64,000 nt of DNA from contig MKUV01000008.1 of assembly GCA_001898725.1 (NCBI GenBank), positions 42,211 through 106,210 on the forward strand, written 5' to 3'. A program made the position numbers and the translations under genes. Source of the stretch: Caedibacter sp. 37-49 (GTDB lineage: Bacteria > Pseudomonadota > Alphaproteobacteria > Caedimonadales > Caedimonadaceae). Positions 28,877 through 38,999 of this stretch are shown here, piece after piece. Numbering within the stretch: the first letter of the stretch is position 1; every line of letters begins with the position of its first letter. The notes under the pieces were generated by a model that was not told where the DNA came from, did not search any database, and saw only the letters and a list, made by a program, of their open reading frames with translations.

Positions 28877-30028
28877 TTACTTTTTTTGAAGGAATTCTGT
28901 ATAAATCCTTAAAGTTTCTTGAATCATTACTTTCTTTGAAAATAAATTTTGAACACGCTTTCGTGCCTCAATTGAAATTTCCTTTCTTTTGGCAGGAGAG
29001 AAAGTTACAGCAGTTTCTAATGCTTGTTTGAGAGTTAAAGAGTCGCTTGGTGCTACTAATAACCCTGTTTTTTCATTTTCAATAATTTCTTCAGGTGCAC
29101 CAAGCTTGCTAGCAATTACAAATTTCCCCATTGCTTGTGCTTCTGCAATAACGCGACCAAACGCTTCCGGCGCTGTTGACGCATGTACAACAGCGGTTGC
29201 AAGACTATATGCTGTTGGCATATCTTGACATTGTTCAATAAATTTTACTTTATCCGTGAGAGAATTTTTATTTACATAAGCTTGAAGTTCATTCAAATAT
29301 TGTTCATGTCCTTGAGAACTCCCTAAAATCACACAGCACCCTTTAAAATCTTTCATTTTATTAAGAGCCTCAAGCAAAATTGCTTGCCCTTTCCAACGGA
29401 CTAACCGACCAACCATTAAAATGAGGGTTCCATTTTTATCCAGACCCCATGCTTTTTTGAGAGATTCAGAACGTTCTTTAGTGACGTTTTGAGGATCAAA
29501 ATAATCAAGATCTACGCCACGATAAATAATTTTAATTTTATTAGGAGTAATATAATTTTTATATTTTTTTTCAATATGTTCTTGAATAAACTTCGAAATT
29601 GCTATTACTTGATCTCCTCGAGCCATAACAGAATTATAATATTTTTTTCCGTTATTTCGAAAATTATAAGTCCCATGAAAGGTTGTTATAAAAGGGATTT
29701 TTAGACTTCTGGCAGCCCAATAAGCACTCCATGCTGGCCCTCGTGAACGCGCATGAACAAGCGCTACTTTTTTCTCTCTGATAAATTTTCGTAGCCTTAA
29801 GAAGTTTAAACATATCGTAAAAGGATTTTTAGAATTTAAAGGAAGCCTTATATGTTCTGCCCCTATCTTCTTTAATTGAGGTTCAAGTTTTCCCCCTGCA
29901 GAAATAACTAAAGCTTTTCCGCCTGCTTTTATAATGCCTTCAGCAATATCTATTGTTCCTCTTTCAACCCCTCCTTGATTAAGAGCAGGCAAAACTTGTA
30001 AAATCATTTGGTGTTTTAAATCGAACAT
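28877..30028 (-). CDS. Glycosyltransferase family 4
   Basis: GGVERGT, HARSRGPAW and EAFGRVIAEAQAMG (EX7E) motifs. Confidence 0.9.
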   Translation of the reverse strand: MFDLKHQMILQVLPALNQGGVERGTIDIAEGIIKAGGKALVISAGGKLEPQLKKIGAEHIRLPLNSKNPFTICLNFLRLRKFIREKKVALVHARSRGPAWSAYWAARSLKIPFITTFHGTYNFRNNGKKYYNSVMARGDQVIAISKFIQEHIEKKYKNYITPNKIKIIYRGVDLDYFDPQNVTKERSESLKKAWGLDKNGTLILMVGRLVRWKGQAILLEALNKMKDFKGCCVILGSSQGHEQYLNELQAYVNKNSLTDKVKFIEQCQDMPTAYSLATAVVHASTAPEAFGRVIAEAQAMGKFVIASKLGAPEEIIENEKTGLLVAPSDSLTLKQALETAVTFSPAKRKEISIEARKRVQNLFSKKVMIQETLRIYTEFLQKK

Positions 30029-30191
30029 GATAAATTCACATCTTTCTTATGCAATTCTTATGGTTGCAAAATTTTTATGACCTGTTAATAAAAATTTTAG
30101 AATAATATGAAATTATTTATGTAAGGTAGCAACCTTTCCTATTTACATAAAGATAGGTCGTTTTTTATTGAAGAAGATGAAAGCAAATTAA

Positions 30192-31352
30192 ATGAATTTT
30201 CCTAGCCAACAACAATTTTTTAAACTCATTAAGGAACATCGAGTTTTAGCCATCCTTCTAGGTTTTATCCTGTTTGGTGTTTTTGCCATTATCATTAAAG
30301 AATTTATTCTTTCTGACCAAAAAAATAAACGACAAATGAAAGGGGTGACTGTTGAAATTGAATACGTTCGAAAAGCTTCTTTAACAAAACGCATTACAAC
30401 TGTTGGAACTTTAGCAGCCAACCAAATCGTTACTGTCAAACCTCAAGTGAGTGGTCTTATTTCTGAAATCAAAGCACAAGGTGGCTCAGAAGTTACAGCA
30501 AACCAAGCTATTATGCAGATCGATGATCGTCAATTTAAAGCTAACCTTAAAGAAGAAGAAGCTAAACTTATTCTTGCAAAAGCCACACACGATCGCGCTT
30601 CAAAATTGCTAGAAAAAAAATATGGACCAGTAAAATCTTATGACGAAGCTTTAGCTAACCTTAAAGCTGCTGAAGCACGCGTTGAAATTGCTATGAAAAA
30701 AGTAGAAGACTCTCTTATACAAGCTCCTTTTGAAGGGATCATTAGTTTGAATAACATTAGTATCGGAGCACCTGTTAATGAGCAAACAGAACTCTTTACC
30801 ATTGTTGATGTTGACCCTATGAAATTAGATTTCAGAGTCCCAGCTGAATATTTAAGATATATTAGCGTTGGTCAAACTTTAACGATCGTTATTGATGGTT
30901 TTGAAGACGAACCCTTTTCGGGAACAGTTGAGGCCATCGATGCAAAAGTTGACCCACATGCTCATAGTATTTCTGTACGTGCAAATTTACGCAATGAAAA
31001 GAGAACTTTGAAACCTGGTCTTTTTGCACGTGTTGACCTCGTCGTTGGTTCAAAAGATAACGCACTTGTTGTTCCTTTAAGTGCTGTTGAAAGTAGTGGC
31101 GATGAAGAATTTGTTTATAAAGTTTTTAATGGCGTTGCCTATCGTTTTCCAGTAACAACAGGAATCCAGGAAGGTGATAACATTGAAATTGTCCGTGGTT
31201 TACAAGAAAGAGATGTTGTTGTAACAGTAGGTCAAAACAAAATTCGTGACGGCATTCCTGTCGTTTATGAAGGAATGGAAAAAGATTTAAAGAAGGAAGA
31301 AGATTCGAAAGAATCAAACAATTCTAACAATAATAAAAAAACCTCAAGGTAA
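30192..31352 (+). CDS. RND efflux periplasmic adaptor (MFP)
   Basis: N-terminal TM, lipoyl/barrel motifs (VKPQVSGLI, IQAPFEG, LKPGLFARV); directly before the RND permease. Confidence 0.92.
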   Translation: MNFPSQQQFFKLIKEHRVLAILLGFILFGVFAIIIKEFILSDQKNKRQMKGVTVEIEYVRKASLTKRITTVGTLAANQIVTVKPQVSGLISEIKAQGGSEVTANQAIMQIDDRQFKANLKEEEAKLILAKATHDRASKLLEKKYGPVKSYDEALANLKAAEARVEIAMKKVEDSLIQAPFEGIISLNNISIGAPVNEQTELFTIVDVDPMKLDFRVPAEYLRYISVGQTLTIVIDGFEDEPFSGTVEAIDAKVDPHAHSISVRANLRNEKRTLKPGLFARVDLVVGSKDNALVVPLSAVESSGDEEFVYKVFNGVAYRFPVTTGIQEGDNIEIVRGLQERDVVVTVGQNKIRDGIPVVYEGMEKDLKKEEDSKESNNSNNNKKTSR

Positions 31353-31395
31353 AAAATAATGTTTACCTTTAATGTTTAAAGAAAGTTAATTCAAT

Positions 31396-34300
31396 ATGAA
31401 CTTAACAGACATATGTATTCGTCGCCCTGTATTATCTACTGTGATGAGCCTTGTTATTATTCTTTTAGGAATTGTAACTTGGACACGTCTTCAAGTACGT
31501 CAATATCCCAACGTAGATGAACCAAAAATTAGTATTATTACGCAGTTTGAAGGGGCAAGTCCTGAAATTATCGAAGCTCAAGTTACAAAACCTTTAGAGG
31601 ATGCGTTATCAGGTATTGAAGGACTATATCTTATGACTTCAAGCAGTGAAGTTGAAGAAAGTCGAATTACGCTTGTTTTTGAATTGAACCGTCCTATTGA
31701 AGCTGCAGCAAACGATGTTCGTGATCGAATCAGCCGTATTCGCAATAAACTTCCTAATGATGTGAGTGACCCACGCATTAAAAAAGCTGACGCCGACGCT
31801 TTTCCTTTTATGTATCTTGCCGTTTTTAGCGATAGACACGATACCAAAGATATTGCCGACTATGCGCGTCGCTTTTTAGAAAGCCAACTTGAAGTGATTA
31901 ATGGTGTATCAAGCGTTGAAATCTTTGGCGGTGGTGAGTATGAAATGCATATTTACCTTGATCCTGTCAAGATGGCCTCGTATCAGGTAACTGCAGAAGA
32001 TGTAGCTCAAGCTTTGAAAAAGCAGAACATTGAGAAACCTGCTGGACGTATTATTACAAAAGATCGTGAGATCACTGTTACGACAAAAGCTGCTCTTTCC
32101 ACTGAGAAAGATTTTAATAACTTAATTATCTTTGAACGTGATGGTTATCTTGTTCGTTTATCAGATGTTGGTGAAGCAAAATTAGATGCCATCGATACGC
32201 GTAGTCGCGTAAGATTTAATGATAAAAATGCTGTTGCTATTGGTTTAATAAAACAATCTATTGCCAACCCTCTTGATATTGCTCGTGCTGTAAAAAAGCA
32301 ACTTCCTCGCTTAAGAGAAGGTCTTCCAAGAGGTATGAAAATGGAAATTGCTAATGACAAAACTGTCTATATCGAGCGTTCTATCGAAGAAGTTTATCAT
32401 ACTCTATTTGAAGCAACAGTACTTGTAATCTTGGTTATTTTAGCATTTTTACGCTCATTCAGAGCTGTAATTGTTCCAATTGTGACGATCCCTGTTTCTC
32501 TTATTGGCGCATTTGCTTTAATGTATGCACTTGGCTTTACAATTAATACACTTACGCTTCTTGCTCTCGTCCTTGCAATTGGACTCGTCGTGGACGACGC
32601 AATTATCGTTTTGGAAAATATCTATCGACATATAGAAGATGGGATGCATCCTATAACAGCAGCCTTTAAAGGTGCCAAAGAAATTAGTTTCGCCGTCGTT
32701 GCAATGACGATCACACTTGCTGCTGTTTATGCACCAATTGCTTTATCAACAGGGCAAACTGGAAGACTATTTACTGAGTTTGCATTAACTTTAGCAGGTT
32801 CAGTTCTTATCTCCGGTTTTGTGGCATTAACTTTATCTCCTATGATGTGCAGTCGATTATTAACTTCTCACACATCCAACCCTACGCGCCATACGAATAA
32901 TCTTTTTGCTAAATACTGGGATGTATTTGAAGTTAAAAGTGGTCAAGTCCTTGACTATATTGATGTTCTCTACGAAACATTCTTAAAAAAGGCTCTTGTA
33001 AAGAGATGGACTGTGTTAGGAATAGGATTAATTATTGCAAGCCTCGGATATTACATTTTTAGGGAAATGCCTTCCGAACTCATTCCAAGAGAAGATCAAG
33101 GTATTGTTAATGCGCGCGCTATTCCACCTTACGGGGCTAATATTGATTTTACAAACAAATATATGCTTCAGGTTGATAGTATTATGAAAGGGATTCCTGA
33201 AATGGAAAAAAGATTAACCTTGGTCAACGTACCAGGTGAATCAACCATCTTAGGTGTTTTATCGCCTTGGGAAAAAAGAAAACGTCGAAGTCAGGAAATT
33301 GTCGAAGGGTTACGAGATCCTATGTATGATGTTACAGGGTTAAGTGTCACGCCAAGCGTAGGTGGTAAATCTCTTGTTGGAGGTTTAACAGATACGCCGG
33401 TCGAAGTTGTAATTGAAACCACAAAAACTTACAAAGAACTTGTTGAAATGGCTGATGGTTTTATGAAAACATTGCATGGATTAGGTGCACTTCAAGATAT
33501 TTATGCAGACTATGGTGCAGAAGGGCAAGAACTTGTTGTGACAGTCGACCGCGATAAAGCAGCCTCTTTAGGCATTGATGTTTCTACAATTGGAGAAAGC
33601 CTTGATACACTTATTAGTGGTCGTTCTCCAAGTAAATTTAAACGTGAAAATAAACTTTATAATGTTAAAGTCTGGCTAGAAGAAGATTATCGCCGTAGTG
33701 CAGATGATCTTTCTATGGTTTTCTTACGCGGTTCAAAAGATCGAAAAGAAACTATGGTCCCTTTATCAGAAATTGTAGAGATTTCTAAACGCTTAGCACC
33801 TACAGCTATCTCTCACTTCTCTGGATTAAGATCTGTTACGTTCAGTGCTAAACTACGTGATGGCTTTAGTCTTGGTAATACTTTACAGCTTATAAAAGAA
33901 CAAGGTTACAAGATGCTTCCTGAGGGTACTCGCATAGATTTCGCAGGTGAAAGCCGCAGATATCTTGAAGAAAGCTCTAATATTCTTTTAATTTTTGGCC
34001 TTGCTCTTATCTTTATATTTTTAGTTCTTTCTGCTCAGTATGAGAGCTATATTGATCCTCTTATAATTCTCTTTAGCGTACCCTTATCGCTTGCAGGCGG
34101 AATTTTTCTCTTAAAAATCTTTGGGCAGACTATTAACCTTTATAGTCAGATTGGTTTAATTACTCTTATAGGGCTTATTACTAAACATGGTATTCTGATC
34201 GTCGACTTTGCTAATAAGCTAAAAGCAGATGGGTTAAGCCGTCTTGATGCAGTTATCGAAGCTTCTCGCCTTCGTTTGCGACCAATCCTTATGACAACAT

Positions 34301-34500
34301 TCGCGATGGTTTTAGGCGCTGTCCCACTTGCATTTGCCAGTGGTGCAGGTGCTGAAAGCAGACGCCCTATTGGTTTAGTGATTGTTGGTGGTATGACTCT
34401 AGGAACATTGTTTACCTTGTTTGTGGTTCCTGCAATTTATACCTTTTTAAGCCGTAAGAAAGTTGCCTCAGACTTATCTGAATACAACACAGAAAAATAA
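31396..34500 (+). CDS. RND efflux permease (AcrB/HAE1 family)
   Basis: CIRRPV, GLVVDDAIIVLENI, GLITKHGILIVDFAN and RLRPILMTT motifs; 1034 aa. Confidence 0.95.
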   Translation: MNLTDICIRRPVLSTVMSLVIILLGIVTWTRLQVRQYPNVDEPKISIITQFEGASPEIIEAQVTKPLEDALSGIEGLYLMTSSSEVEESRITLVFELNRPIEAAANDVRDRISRIRNKLPNDVSDPRIKKADADAFPFMYLAVFSDRHDTKDIADYARRFLESQLEVINGVSSVEIFGGGEYEMHIYLDPVKMASYQVTAEDVAQALKKQNIEKPAGRIITKDREITVTTKAALSTEKDFNNLIIFERDGYLVRLSDVGEAKLDAIDTRSRVRFNDKNAVAIGLIKQSIANPLDIARAVKKQLPRLREGLPRGMKMEIANDKTVYIERSIEEVYHTLFEATVLVILVILAFLRSFRAVIVPIVTIPVSLIGAFALMYALGFTINTLTLLALVLAIGLVVDDAIIVLENIYRHIEDGMHPITAAFKGAKEISFAVVAMTITLAAVYAPIALSTGQTGRLFTEFALTLAGSVLISGFVALTLSPMMCSRLLTSHTSNPTRHTNNLFAKYWDVFEVKSGQVLDYIDVLYETFLKKALVKRWTVLGIGLIIASLGYYIFREMPSELIPREDQGIVNARAIPPYGANIDFTNKYMLQVDSIMKGIPEMEKRLTLVNVPGESTILGVLSPWEKRKRRSQEIVEGLRDPMYDVTGLSVTPSVGGKSLVGGLTDTPVEVVIETTKTYKELVEMADGFMKTLHGLGALQDIYADYGAEGQELVVTVDRDKAASLGIDVSTIGESLDTLISGRSPSKFKRENKLYNVKVWLEEDYRRSADDLSMVFLRGSKDRKETMVPLSEIVEISKRLAPTAISHFSGLRSVTFSAKLRDGFSLGNTLQLIKEQGYKMLPEGTRIDFAGESRRYLEESSNILLIFGLALIFIFLVLSAQYESYIDPLIILFSVPLSLAGGIFLLKIFGQTINLYSQIGLITLIGLITKHGILIVDFANKLKADGLSRLDAVIEASRLRLRPILMTTFAMVLGAVPLAFASGAGAESRRPIGLVIVGGMTLGTLFTLFVVPAIYTFLSRKKVASDLSEYNTEK

Positions 34501-34602
34501 AAGATTTTATTGAATAAGATTTTTACGAGAAAAATGTGTTCTTTCATGCACTCTGTAGAAAATTAGAAGATCAATTTTTTAGCTTTAATATAATTATGGC
34601 AG

Positions 34603-34619
34603 GTTAATATTCTTTTAAC
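34603..34619. promoter_or_regulatory. Palindromic CtrA-like full site
   Basis: GTTAA-TATTCTT-TTAAC matches TTAA-N7-TTAAC on both strands; 26 nt upstream of the ATG at 34646. Confidence 0.4.
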
Positions 34620-34645
34620 AAAACTTTCCAATTAAATAGATTAAT

Positions 34646-35527
34646 ATGGCGTACGCTACTTTAAATCCCATTTTCGATGTAACTCGAATTAAACTCTTAA
34701 AGGAAAGAGCTCTAAAAGTTTCTCAAGAATATGATGTGTGGATCAAATTTTTCGAAAAAGAATTTATTAACAGACTTCAATTCATAAAAAAAGAGTATAA
34801 ATCTATTTTTTTGTATGGTGAATTTTCTAATAAGTTTTTAAAACTTTTAACACTTACACACCCAAGATCATTCATAGTAATTGCTAATATTATTCCTGTT
34901 TATTCAAAAAATATTCTCGATCTTTACTTAACCGTTTGTCACGAAGAACAGCTTCCATTTCCTAATGAAACATTTGATTTAGCAATATCTTGCAATTCAT
35001 TTCATCATATTAATAATATTCCAAAAGCTCTTACCGAATATAAACGAATACTAAAACCTGATGGACTTTTCTTAGCTAGTTTTGTAGGTGGTGATACTCT
35101 CATAGAAGCAAGAGAAGCCCTTTTGAACAGTGAGATCAAACTTACAGGAGGTGCGAGTCCTCGTGTGATCCCTATGATTGATCTCAAAACTTCCTCAGAC
35201 CTCATACAACATGCTGGTTTTACATTGCCTGTTGTAGATCGTGACCTAATACACTTTAGTTACTCTTCCCTTCTTAACATCTTTAAAGAAATTAAATGTT
35301 TAGGAGAGAGCAATTATTTAAGTGAACGATCTTTAAAAATACCGCCTAAAACATTATTTAAATTAGCAGAAAAATTTTATCAGGATTATTATTTAGATCA
35401 CTATAAACGTTTGAAGGTTACTCTTGAAATAATTCATTTATGTGGATGGGCACCTGCTCAAGATCAACTTAGAAGCTGTTCTAAAGGATCAGGCAGAATT
35501 TCTTTAGTTGACGTTCTTAGCTTATAG
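34646..35527 (+). CDS. SAM-methyltransferase-fold protein, NDUFAF5/BioC-like
   Basis: EEQLPF..ETFDLAIS, ILKPDGLFLAS..GGDTL.E.R, GGASPRV.P, AGFTLPVVD and GWAP motifs; motif I looks degenerate. Confidence 0.8.
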   Translation: MAYATLNPIFDVTRIKLLKERALKVSQEYDVWIKFFEKEFINRLQFIKKEYKSIFLYGEFSNKFLKLLTLTHPRSFIVIANIIPVYSKNILDLYLTVCHEEQLPFPNETFDLAISCNSFHHINNIPKALTEYKRILKPDGLFLASFVGGDTLIEAREALLNSEIKLTGGASPRVIPMIDLKTSSDLIQHAGFTLPVVDRDLIHFSYSSLLNIFKEIKCLGESNYLSERSLKIPPKTLFKLAEKFYQDYYLDHYKRLKVTLEIIHLCGWAPAQDQLRSCSKGSGRISLVDVLSL

Positions 35528-35581
35528 AACGTTGTCGCTTGTAATGTAATATGGTAAATTATCAAAAATAAGAGAGATTTT

Positions 35582-36511
35582 ATGCAGGGAAAGCATGTTA
35601 CTATTTTTGGGGGGTCCGGCTTTATTGGTCGCAGTCTTATCCAAAAACTTGCACGTGAAGGAGCAATTATTCGAGTGCCCGTGCGTGCCCCTACCCAAGC
35701 TTTATTTTTAAAAACATTAGGACATGTTGGCCAAATTACCCTTATTAAGATGAATATAGGTGATAAAAAGGCTATCAAGTCTTGTTGCATAGGCTCAGAC
35801 ATTATTATTAATCTGCTAGGGATTCTTTTTGAAAAGAGAAACTCAACTTTTGAAAAAATTCATATTGAAGTCGCAAGAACTATTGCAGAAAGCGCTGCTG
35901 AAGAACGAGTTGAAAGACTTTTACACATGTCTGCTTTAACTCCAGCTTCTAGCGCAAACTCAAAGTATGCAAAAACTAAAATCATAGGTGAAGAAGCTGT
36001 TCTTAAGGCTTACCCTGATGCCACTATATTCCGCCCAAGTTTAGTTTTTGGACCTCATGATCATTTCTTTAATACTTTTGCAGAAATGAGCCGTTTCTCA
36101 CCTATTCTGCCCTTAATTGGAAGAGGAAAAACGCGCCTTCAACCCATTTATATAGAAGATGTTGTCGAAGCGATGTTAATAGCTATAAAGCACCCAGAAA
36201 CTCAAGGGAAAATTTATGAACTTGGGGGACCTCAGATATATTCATTTAAAGAACTTTTTGAGCTCATCCTCAAAACCACTCAACGTAAACGTTTACTTCT
36301 TCCTATCCCTTATTTCGTTGCTAAAATTCTTGGATTTTTTTGCGAATTTTTCCCTACACCCATTTTAACACGAGACCAAGTAAAAATGCTGGAAAATGAT
36401 AATATTGCTAACAAAGAACATTTAACCTGCAAAAATTTAGGGATAAGTCCTCATTCACTCGAATCTATTCTACCGCAATACTTATCACACTATAAGCCTA
36501 ACACTTATTAA
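35582..36511 (+). CDS. Complex I NDUFA9-like NAD(P)-binding SDR protein
   Basis: TIFGGSGFIG, GHVGQI, YAKTK, RPSLVFG.HDHF.N and LTRDQV motifs. Confidence 0.88.
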   Translation: MQGKHVTIFGGSGFIGRSLIQKLAREGAIIRVPVRAPTQALFLKTLGHVGQITLIKMNIGDKKAIKSCCIGSDIIINLLGILFEKRNSTFEKIHIEVARTIAESAAEERVERLLHMSALTPASSANSKYAKTKIIGEEAVLKAYPDATIFRPSLVFGPHDHFFNTFAEMSRFSPILPLIGRGKTRLQPIYIEDVVEAMLIAIKHPETQGKIYELGGPQIYSFKELFELILKTTQRKRLLLPIPYFVAKILGFFCEFFPTPILTRDQVKMLENDNIANKEHLTCKNLGISPHSLESILPQYLSHYKPNTY

Positions 36512-37608
36512 ACATTGAAACGAAAATGAAATACGTCCCCATCCTGAATGAAGTAATCTCTTCCTTCTTGGCGCATTTTACCTGCACTTTTAGCGCCTTG
36601 TTCGCCTTGAAATGTAATATAGTCTTCGTATGAAATGGTTTCCGCACATATAAAACCTCTTTCAAAATCACTATGAATTACACCTGCACCTTCCGGTGCT
36701 TTTGCTCCTTGCCGAACAGTCCAAGCTCTTGCTTCTTTAGGTCCTACTGTGAAAAAGGTTAAAAGATTTAAGAGAGAATACCCTTGTCTTATTACGCGAG
36801 CTAGACCTGTCTCTTTAAGACCTAAACCTTCTAAAAAAACTTGTCTCTCTTCAAGATTCTCTAACGTTATAATTTCAGCTTCAATTGCCGCTGAAATAAC
36901 GACTGAATGAGCCTTCTCATTTTTGGCCATTTCTGCTACTTGTGCCGTAAAATTATTCCCAGAAGCAGCTTCATCTTCTCGAACATTTGTAACGTACAAA
37001 ACAGGTTTTCCAGTCAAAAGTTGTAATTGTTTAAACGTGTCTTTTTCTGTTTCATCCAACGTAACATAACGTGCCGGATTGCCGGCTTCCAATATGGGTT
37101 TAATCTTCTCAAGTAGACTTAGTTGCTTCTGAGAATCTTTATCTCCTACTTTAACTTTCTTCTGTAATGTACTCAAACGACGCTCTAAATTGTCTAAATC
37201 TGCAAGCATCAATTCAGTATTAATAATTTCTGCATCTCTTAAAGGATCAACAGAGCCTTCTACGTGCGTAATATCTGTATCTTCAAAACATCTTAAAACA
37301 TGAATAATTGCGTCAACTTCACGAATATGTCCTAAAAATTGATTTCCTAGGCCCTCACCACGACTTGCTCCTCTTACAAGTCCTGCAATGTCTACAAACT
37401 CAAGTTGCGTGGGAATAAGTTTCGCCGATTGCGCTATTTCAGCAAGCTTGTTAAGCCTAACATCGGGGACACCCACGCGCCCAACATTTGGTTCAATGGT
37501 ACAAAAAGGATAATTTGCTGCTTCAGCTGCTGCCGTTGCAGTTAAGGCGTTAAACAGAGTGGACTTCCCAACATTAGGCAGACCAACAATACCACAATTA
37601 AATCCCAT
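36508..37608 (-). CDS. ychF: Redox-regulated ATPase YchF
   Basis: GIVGLPNVGKSTLFNALT, ANYPFCTIEPN and DIAGLVRGAS motifs. Confidence 0.98.
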   Translation of the reverse strand: MGFNCGIVGLPNVGKSTLFNALTATAAAEAANYPFCTIEPNVGRVGVPDVRLNKLAEIAQSAKLIPTQLEFVDIAGLVRGASRGEGLGNQFLGHIREVDAIIHVLRCFEDTDITHVEGSVDPLRDAEIINTELMLADLDNLERRLSTLQKKVKVGDKDSQKQLSLLEKIKPILEAGNPARYVTLDETEKDTFKQLQLLTGKPVLYVTNVREDEAASGNNFTAQVAEMAKNEKAHSVVISAAIEAEIITLENLEERQVFLEGLGLKETGLARVIRQGYSLLNLLTFFTVGPKEARAWTVRQGAKAPEGAGVIHSDFERGFICAETISYEDYITFQGEQGAKSAGKMRQEGRDYFIQDGDVFHFRFNV

Positions 37609-37620
37609 GTGTTTCCTAAC

Positions 37621-38184
37621 TTATTTTAATTTTACCGATACATTATTTATAAACGTTGTCATTTCTTTTTTAAGCAAAAAAAGAAAATTTTCTTGAATTG
37701 CACTCATTACATTTTCAAGTTGTGTTTCTTCATGTTTAGTAAAATTTCCTAAAACATGAGGGGTTACGACTTCTTTAGAACCTGGATGCCCTATACCTAT
37801 TCGAAGACGCCAATAGTCTTTTCCTAGATGAGCATCGATACTCTTTAAACCATTATGTCCACCATTCCCACCACCTTGTTTAACTTTCAAGCGACCAAAC
37901 TCTAAATCAAGTTCATCATGAATAACAAGAATGTCTTCCAACGGAATTTTAAAAAATGATGCAAACTCAGAAATAGCAATCCCAGACCTATTCATATAAG
38001 TCAGAGGTTTAAAAAGAGATACCTTCTGGTTATCTATTATTTTCTCTGAAAATAATCCCTGCCCATGACGCTTAAAATTATTAAAATCATAATAGTGGGC
38101 TATGAAATCGATACACAAAAATCCTATATTATGCCGATTCAAAGCATATTCAGGACCAGGATTACCCAAGCCCACTAAAAGCAT
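37621..38184 (-). CDS. pth: Peptidyl-tRNA hydrolase
   Basis: VGLGNPG, RHNIGF, KPLTYMNRSG, HDELD and GGHNGLKSI motifs. Confidence 0.97.
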   Translation of the reverse strand: MLLVGLGNPGPEYALNRHNIGFLCIDFIAHYYDFNNFKRHGQGLFSEKIIDNQKVSLFKPLTYMNRSGIAISEFASFFKIPLEDILVIHDELDLEFGRLKVKQGGGNGGHNGLKSIDAHLGKDYWRLRIGIGHPGSKEVVTPHVLGNFTKHEETQLENVMSAIQENFLFLLKKEMTTFINNVSVKLK

Positions 38185-38195
38185 TGGACTCTTCC

Positions 38196-38813
38196 TTAAG
38201 ATGCGGAAGATTCCGTAGTTTCAGCAGCAGAAGATCCGTCAGTTTGTACTGTTGGAGGAACAATCGTTGCTAACGTATTGTCACGTTCAGGATGCGTAAC
38301 AACTACACCTTTTGGAAGCGCAATAGAAGCTGTATGTACGCTGGCCCCAATTTCTAAACCTTCAAGATCAACAGTAATCTGCTCTGGAATATTCTCAGCT
38401 AAACAAGTCACATCAAGTGTATGAAGAACAATGTTCAAAACGCCGCCACGTTTAATTCCAGGACACTTGTTTTCATTGATAAACACAACAGGGATGCTAA
38501 GATGAATTTTCGAGTCTTTACTTACTCTCCAAAAATCAATGTGTATTGGGTTATCTGTCACGGGATGAAATTGTACATCACGGACCAAAGCTTTTTCAAC
38601 TTTGCCATTAAGATTCAATTCAAAAATTGTAGAATAAAAACCCGCGTGATGAAGTCCTTTCATCACATCTCGGGGATCAACCGTCACAAGAACGTTCTCT
38701 TTATTTCCCCCATAAAGAATTCCGGGGATCTTGTTTTCGTTACGAAGCGCTCTTGAAGCTCCTCGACCCGAATTATTACGAGGCTCAACTCTTAAAGTTC
38801 CAACCGCAGTCAT
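38196..38813 (-). CDS. rplY: 50S ribosomal protein L25 / general stress protein Ctc
   Basis: IPGILYG, DVQFHPV..HIDF and GIKRGGVL motifs. Confidence 0.96.
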   Translation of the reverse strand: MTAVGTLRVEPRNNSGRGASRALRNENKIPGILYGGNKENVLVTVDPRDVMKGLHHAGFYSTIFELNLNGKVEKALVRDVQFHPVTDNPIHIDFWRVSKDSKIHLSIPVVFINENKCPGIKRGGVLNIVLHTLDVTCLAENIPEQITVDLEGLEIGASVHTASIALPKGVVVTHPERDNTLATIVPPTVQTDGSSAAETTESSAS

Positions 38814-38999
38814 TTTAAACTCCTGTTCAGTTTTGGTTTAACAAGCTTCTTCATACCTGATTTGTAAGGCGTTAATCAATAAGAATTTCAGGTCAGAATT
38901 TTTTCTAGATTAATACTCTTTCAATATATTTTTAGAGCCAAATGCATTTATAATAAAATAAAACTTATAAGAAATTTTCTTTTTAAATCAATATAATAA

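Noticed and set aside
30192-34500. RND pump lacking an outer-membrane channel as an anomaly
   Set aside because: An unlinked tolC is the usual arrangement in proteobacteria.
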